From an uncultured Gammaproteobacteria bacterium (GTDB lineage: Bacteria; Pseudomonadota; Gammaproteobacteria; GCA-001735895), in contig CAWVZP010000002.1 in the NCBI GenBank assembly GCA_963934675.1, positions 1 through 55,394 of the forward strand: a stretch of DNA of 55,394 nucleotides, read 5' to 3'. Made by a program: the position numbers and the translations under genes. The notes below the pieces were generated by a model that was given only the letters and a program-made list of their open reading frames with translations, had not been told where the DNA came from and searched no databases. Below, one piece after another: positions 52,104 through 55,394 of the stretch. Positions within the stretch are counted from its first letter, which is position 1. Each line of letters starts with the position of its first letter.

Positions 52104-52973
52104 TTGGTTTCTGATCTTGTTTCGTTTTTTCAATTACATCTAATGATCTATCTTACTATCCTATTTATATTAGGATTACTGATCGGTAGTTTTTTAAATG
52201 TTGTGATTTACCGGCTGCCTATTATGATGCAACGGGAATGGCGCTGTGATTGTCTTGAATTTTTAGAGCAACCTTCCGAGACCTCAACTGAAAAGTTCGA
52301 CCTGAACATGCCTCGTTCACGTTGCGCTGAATGCGGTCATGCGATTAGCGCCTTGGAAAACATACCCATTCTGAGTTATATGGCGCTGAAAGGAAAATGC
52401 CGAGCCTGTAAAACGCCTATTTCTATGCGATATCCTCTAGTTGAGTTATTAACAGGCCTCATTTCACTAATCATTGGCTGGCATTTTGGCGTTAGTCTTC
52501 AAGCTCTGGCAGGTTTATTTCTTAGCTGGTTCTTAATTGCTGCAAGTGGCATCGACTTAGGCCACAAATTGTTACCCGACACGATCACTTTACCTCTGAT
52601 GTGGTTGGGCATTCTACTATCTCTTTTCAATGTCTTTATTGACTTAGAAACCAGCGTGATAGGTGCTATAGCTGGCTACCTATGCCTCTGGAGCATATTT
52701 ATAATGTTCAAGCTAGTCACTGGAAAAGAAGGTATGGGTCATGGCGACTTTAAATTATTAGCGGCATTAGGAGCCTGGTGCGGATGGAAAATGCTGCTTG
52801 TAATTGTGTTGACCTCTTCTCTGGTCGGTGCAATCGTGGGTATTTCGATGATCATACTGAGCAAGTCTGGACGAAACACTCAAATTCCATTTGGTCCATA
52901 TCTTGCTGCAGCAGGATGGATCAGCTTCCTTTGGGGACCAGCTTTACTCAATACCTACCTCAATATATTCTAG
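52104..52973 (+). CDS. pilD: prepilin peptidase / N-methyltransferase PilD
   Basis: GSFLNVVIYRLP, the cytoplasmic Cys pairs CAEC...CRAC, and catalytic Asp motifs (GIDLGHKLLPD, GMGHGDFKL). TTG start, supported by a GAGGTG SD 7 nt upstream and by conservation of the N-terminal residues. Confidence 0.93.
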   Translation: MVSDLVSFFQLHLMIYLTILFILGLLIGSFLNVVIYRLPIMMQREWRCDCLEFLEQPSETSTEKFDLNMPRSRCAECGHAISALENIPILSYMALKGKCRACKTPISMRYPLVELLTGLISLIIGWHFGVSLQALAGLFLSWFLIAASGIDLGHKLLPDTITLPLMWLGILLSLFNVFIDLETSVIGAIAGYLCLWSIFIMFKLVTGKEGMGHGDFKLLAALGAWCGWKMLLVIVLTSSLVGAIVGISMIILSKSGRNTQIPFGPYLAAAGWISFLWGPALLNTYLNIF

Positions 52974-52980
52974 TCATCTT

Positions 52981-53598
52981 ATGTTAAAAATAGGACTTAC
53001 TGGTGGAATCGCATCAGGGAAAACTCGAATAAGCAATTTGTTTAGTCAGTTAAAAACGCCCATTATTGATACTGATATCATTAGCCGTGAGATTCTTGAA
53101 CCTGGCCAACCCGGTTATCTGGCAATATTAAATCACTTTGGCAGCAGCATCATTCTCGATCATGCTCAAATTGATCGGCGTAAACTTAGGCAACTCATAT
53201 TTAATGATAGTACTGAAAAGCAATGGCTTGAATCAATGCTTCACCCCATCATATTTAAACGTGCTCAACAACTAATAGGACGGCATAATAATGCAACGTT
53301 TGTCATAGTTGTTATTCCTCTTCTTTTTGAGACAAACTTTAGTGAGCTCGTTGACCGTGTATTAGTGGTCGATTGTGGTGCTGACACCCAAATCAAAAGG
53401 TTACTTCTTCGCGACAGAATTGATACTGCTCTGGCACAGAAAATGGTCGATCAACAATGGCCAAACCAAAACCGCATCAATCGCGCAGATGACATCATTT
53501 GTAATAATAACGACGGTGATTTAGATGATCAGGTTATGGCACTGCATGGAAAATACTTGGCGCTATCAAACCAGTCACAATTTATACCGCCGACCTAA
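52981..53598 (+). CDS. coaE: dephospho-CoA kinase
   Basis: MLKIGLTGGIASGKT P-loop at the N-terminus. The pilD-coaE linkage is conserved. The ORF-track upstream extension overlaps pilD and is not credible. Confidence 0.93.
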   Translation: MLKIGLTGGIASGKTRISNLFSQLKTPIIDTDIISREILEPGQPGYLAILNHFGSSIILDHAQIDRRKLRQLIFNDSTEKQWLESMLHPIIFKRAQQLIGRHNNATFVIVVIPLLFETNFSELVDRVLVVDCGADTQIKRLLLRDRIDTALAQKMVDQQWPNQNRINRADDIICNNNDGDLDDQVMALHGKYLALSNQSQFIPPT

Positions 53599-53719
53599 GC
53601 TAATCATCCTTTTCCCTGTAACGATTGAGGCAGCTAACAGGTGTATTCATACCAAAACCAAACGCGTAATTTTATTTCTTTTTGTTATAATCGGCCAAAC
53701 TTATCTAACAACTTGCTGA

Positions 53720-54493
53720 ATGCCACCAAAACACATTATTTTTGAACAGCCTCTCAATGAACGTATTCGTATGTGCTTGCGAATTGAAACGTTAATGAAG
53801 CGATTTCACTACTTCACTTCGTTAAAAGGTGACTGGAGCGGCTATACTGCCTTGCTAGGTGTCATTGAAATCACTTCATTACTGGAGCGAGTTGATTTGA
53901 AGCAAGAGTTAATGAAAGAATTAGAACGCCAACACAGCGCTTTGAAATCACTGTCAGCCCATAAGGGCGTCGACAAATCAAAGTTAATCCTCATTTTAAG
54001 CCGACAAAAGGATGCACTTGAGCGTTTGCATCAATTAAATGGAAAGCTAGGTGAACACCTTAAACGCAATGATTTTTTGTTAGCCATAAAGCAACGCACC
54101 TCTATACCTGGAGGCAGCTGTGATTTTGACCTACCAGCACTTCGCTTTTGGTTGAATCAAGATCACACTAAAAGAGTGGTCGACCTTAAGCAGTGGGCTG
54201 AGCCTTATCTTGAACTGGAGTCAGTTATCGAATTAGTATTGAGTGTTATTCGAGACAGCGCTATGCCAGAAAAAGTAGTGGCTGAAAATGGTTTTTTCCA
54301 TCAATCATTAGATTCTCAGCAATTGAATCAACTCCTTCGTATCAGTATTTCTGTTAGTGATGAAATTTATCCTGAAGTAAGCGCTGGTAAGCATCGTTAT
54401 TCTGTGCGCTTTCTCAACCCTTTACCCATTGACGACCTACCTTCACAAGTCAAAGAAGACGTTACGTTTTGGCTAACACGTTGCTCTCTTTAA
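53720..54493 (+). CDS. zapD: cell division protein ZapD (YacF)
   Basis: The N-terminus IIFEQPLNERIRMCLRIE and a length of about 250 aa are typical of ZapD. Lies downstream of coaE, as in many gammaproteobacteria. Confidence 0.85.
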   Translation: MPPKHIIFEQPLNERIRMCLRIETLMKRFHYFTSLKGDWSGYTALLGVIEITSLLERVDLKQELMKELERQHSALKSLSAHKGVDKSKLILILSRQKDALERLHQLNGKLGEHLKRNDFLLAIKQRTSIPGGSCDFDLPALRFWLNQDHTKRVVDLKQWAEPYLELESVIELVLSVIRDSAMPEKVVAENGFFHQSLDSQQLNQLLRISISVSDEIYPEVSAGKHRYSVRFLNPLPIDDLPSQVKEDVTFWLTRCSL

Positions 54494-54562
54494 CGCTAAT
54501 AATGAATTTGATGCTGAGAATAAGCGACGTTGAATTTATTGGCTCTTATCCTTTGGCTTATG

Positions 54563-55394
54563 TTAGCTGCGATATTCTGCGTTAATTTTCACATACTCAT
54601 AAGACAAATCAGAAGTCCAAATAGATGCATTGGATCGCCCTTGATTCAAGTCAACAGTAATTTTTATTTCTTCTTTACTCATCTCAAGCCGGCCAAGCTC
54701 TTCTCGGTATTGACTATCAGGTATTCCGTTTTTTAGCAGACAAATATTACCTAGATACAAATCAATACGAGAAACATCCAATGTGTCGATCTTAGCACGA
54801 CCTACCGCTGCGAGAATTCGCCCCCAATTGGCGTCTGAAGCGAACAATGCGGTCTTTACTAGAGGTGAATGCGCTATGGTATAGCCAACTTCTCGCGCAT
54901 CTTCTATCGTTGATGCGTTTTTCACCTCAATTTCAACAAACTTGGTAGCACCTTCCGCATCACGAATAATAGACTGAGCTAAATGTTTGAACACGCGAAT
55001 TAGAGCTTGAAGAAAGTGACTAGATTCAGCATTAACTTCAACGCCAGCCTGCCCAGTTGCAATTAAAATACAGGCATCGTTGGTCGACGTATCACCATCG
55101 ACAGTAATAGAATTAAACGAGCATGCAACTGCTTGCATAATAAACTCATTGAGCAGAGATTTTTCGATTTTTGCATCAGTAGCAACATAAGCAAGCATGG
55201 TAGCCATGTCGGGCTTAATCATTCCCGAGCCTTTTGTGATACCCGTTATAGTGACAGTCTCTCCTAAAACAGTGACCTTTTCAGTAATCCCTTTTGGGAT
55301 GGTATCGGTTGTCATTATACCTTCGGCAGCTTCCAGCCATTTGTCTGCGCCGAGCGAATCAAACAAACTTGGTATAGCTTTACATATCGTATCA
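54563..55394 (-). CDS. argJ: bifunctional glutamate N-acetyltransferase / amino-acid acetyltransferase ArgJ, C-terminal about 276 aa (N-terminus off the right edge)
   Basis: GMIKPDMATMLAYVATDA with the autoproteolytic ATML site, DGDTSTND, and the C-terminal YVKINAEYRS. The frame stays open to the window edge beyond the ORF-track TTG at 55366. Confidence 0.92.
   Translation of the reverse strand, partial: DTICKAIPSLFDSLGADKWLEAAEGIMTTDTIPKGITEKVTVLGETVTITGITKGSGMIKPDMATMLAYVATDAKIEKSLLNEFIMQAVACSFNSITVDGDTSTNDACILIATGQAGVEVNAESSHFLQALIRVFKHLAQSIIRDAEGATKFVEIEVKNASTIEDAREVGYTIAHSPLVKTALFASDANWGRILAAVGRAKIDTLDVSRIDLYLGNICLLKNGIPDSQYREELGRLEMSKEEIKITVDLNQGRSNASIWTSDLSYEYVKINAEYRS

Noticed and set aside
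53525-53719. A 64-aa ORF spanning the coaE 3' end and the coaE-zapD spacer
   Set aside because: It overlaps coaE out of frame, has no SD or motifs, and ends exactly at the zapD start. It is probably spurious. I looked for a yacG-like zinc-finger gene near zapD, and none is present.
54530-54736. A 68-aa hydrophobic ORF at the zapD/argJ junction
   Set aside because: It is mostly antisense to the well-conserved 3' end of argJ and starts with a non-ATG codon, so it is a shadow ORF.
1-55394. Window-wide search for CRISPR arrays, IS elements or transposases, integrases, prophage genes, toxin-antitoxin pairs, restriction-modification or other defence cassettes, and long tandem repeats
   Set aside because: None were seen. 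Every ORF over 100 aa that is not a shadow ORF has a housekeeping-type identity or is a single orphan gene. The only tRNA is the conserved secG-linked tRNA-Leu, with no adjacent island.

Overview
This 55.4-kb window is a gene-dense, AT-rich core-chromosome segment of a gammaproteobacterium. GC content was judged by eye, not computed. I see no transposases, integrases, CRISPR arrays, rRNA genes, prophage genes or recognisable defence or toxin cassettes.

Gene content, left to right:
- About 21.6 kb of mostly minus-strand housekeeping genes: nuoL (partial), nuoKJIHGFEDCBA (complex I with separate nuoC and nuoD), tRNA-Leu(GAG), secG, tpiA, glmM, folP, ftsH and rlmE, then yhbY (+) and greA-carB-carA (-).
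- A looser stretch at 21.6-27.3 kb: a CGFC glutaredoxin, a secreted pentapeptide-repeat protein, an EamA transporter, a 568-bp non-coding gap, a PduO-type corrinoid adenosyltransferase, a MotY-like OmpA-domain protein and a YbfF-like hydrolase.
- aceE-aceF-lpdA (E3 with its own lipoyl domain), pyrC-rnt, grxD, an AsnB-family amidotransferase and an unknown membrane protein.
- argD-argF, a degenerate GGDEF membrane protein, argA, a cN-I-like 5'-nucleotidase and a one-cysteine DksA.
- A co-oriented type IV pilus block: small Cys-rich membrane protein, pilS, pilR, sigma-54 promoter, pilA, pilB, pilC, pilD, coaE, zapD. The window ends in a partial argJ.

Verdict: this is an ordinary core region, and I could not find a convincing novel multi-gene system. 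The most checkable oddities are:
1. The pilA control region, with tandem 15-bp repeats, a long inverted repeat and a canonical sigma-54 promoter.
2. A small Cys-rich membrane protein that overlaps the pilS start.
3. A catalytically degenerate GGDEF protein between argF and argA.
4. A DksA that keeps only one of the four Zn-finger cysteines.
5. Terminator-like hairpins in the leaders of carA and of an unknown membrane-protein gene.

All product names come from motif and sequence recognition by eye plus gene order, not from database searches. Start codons marked as alternatives are uncertain.
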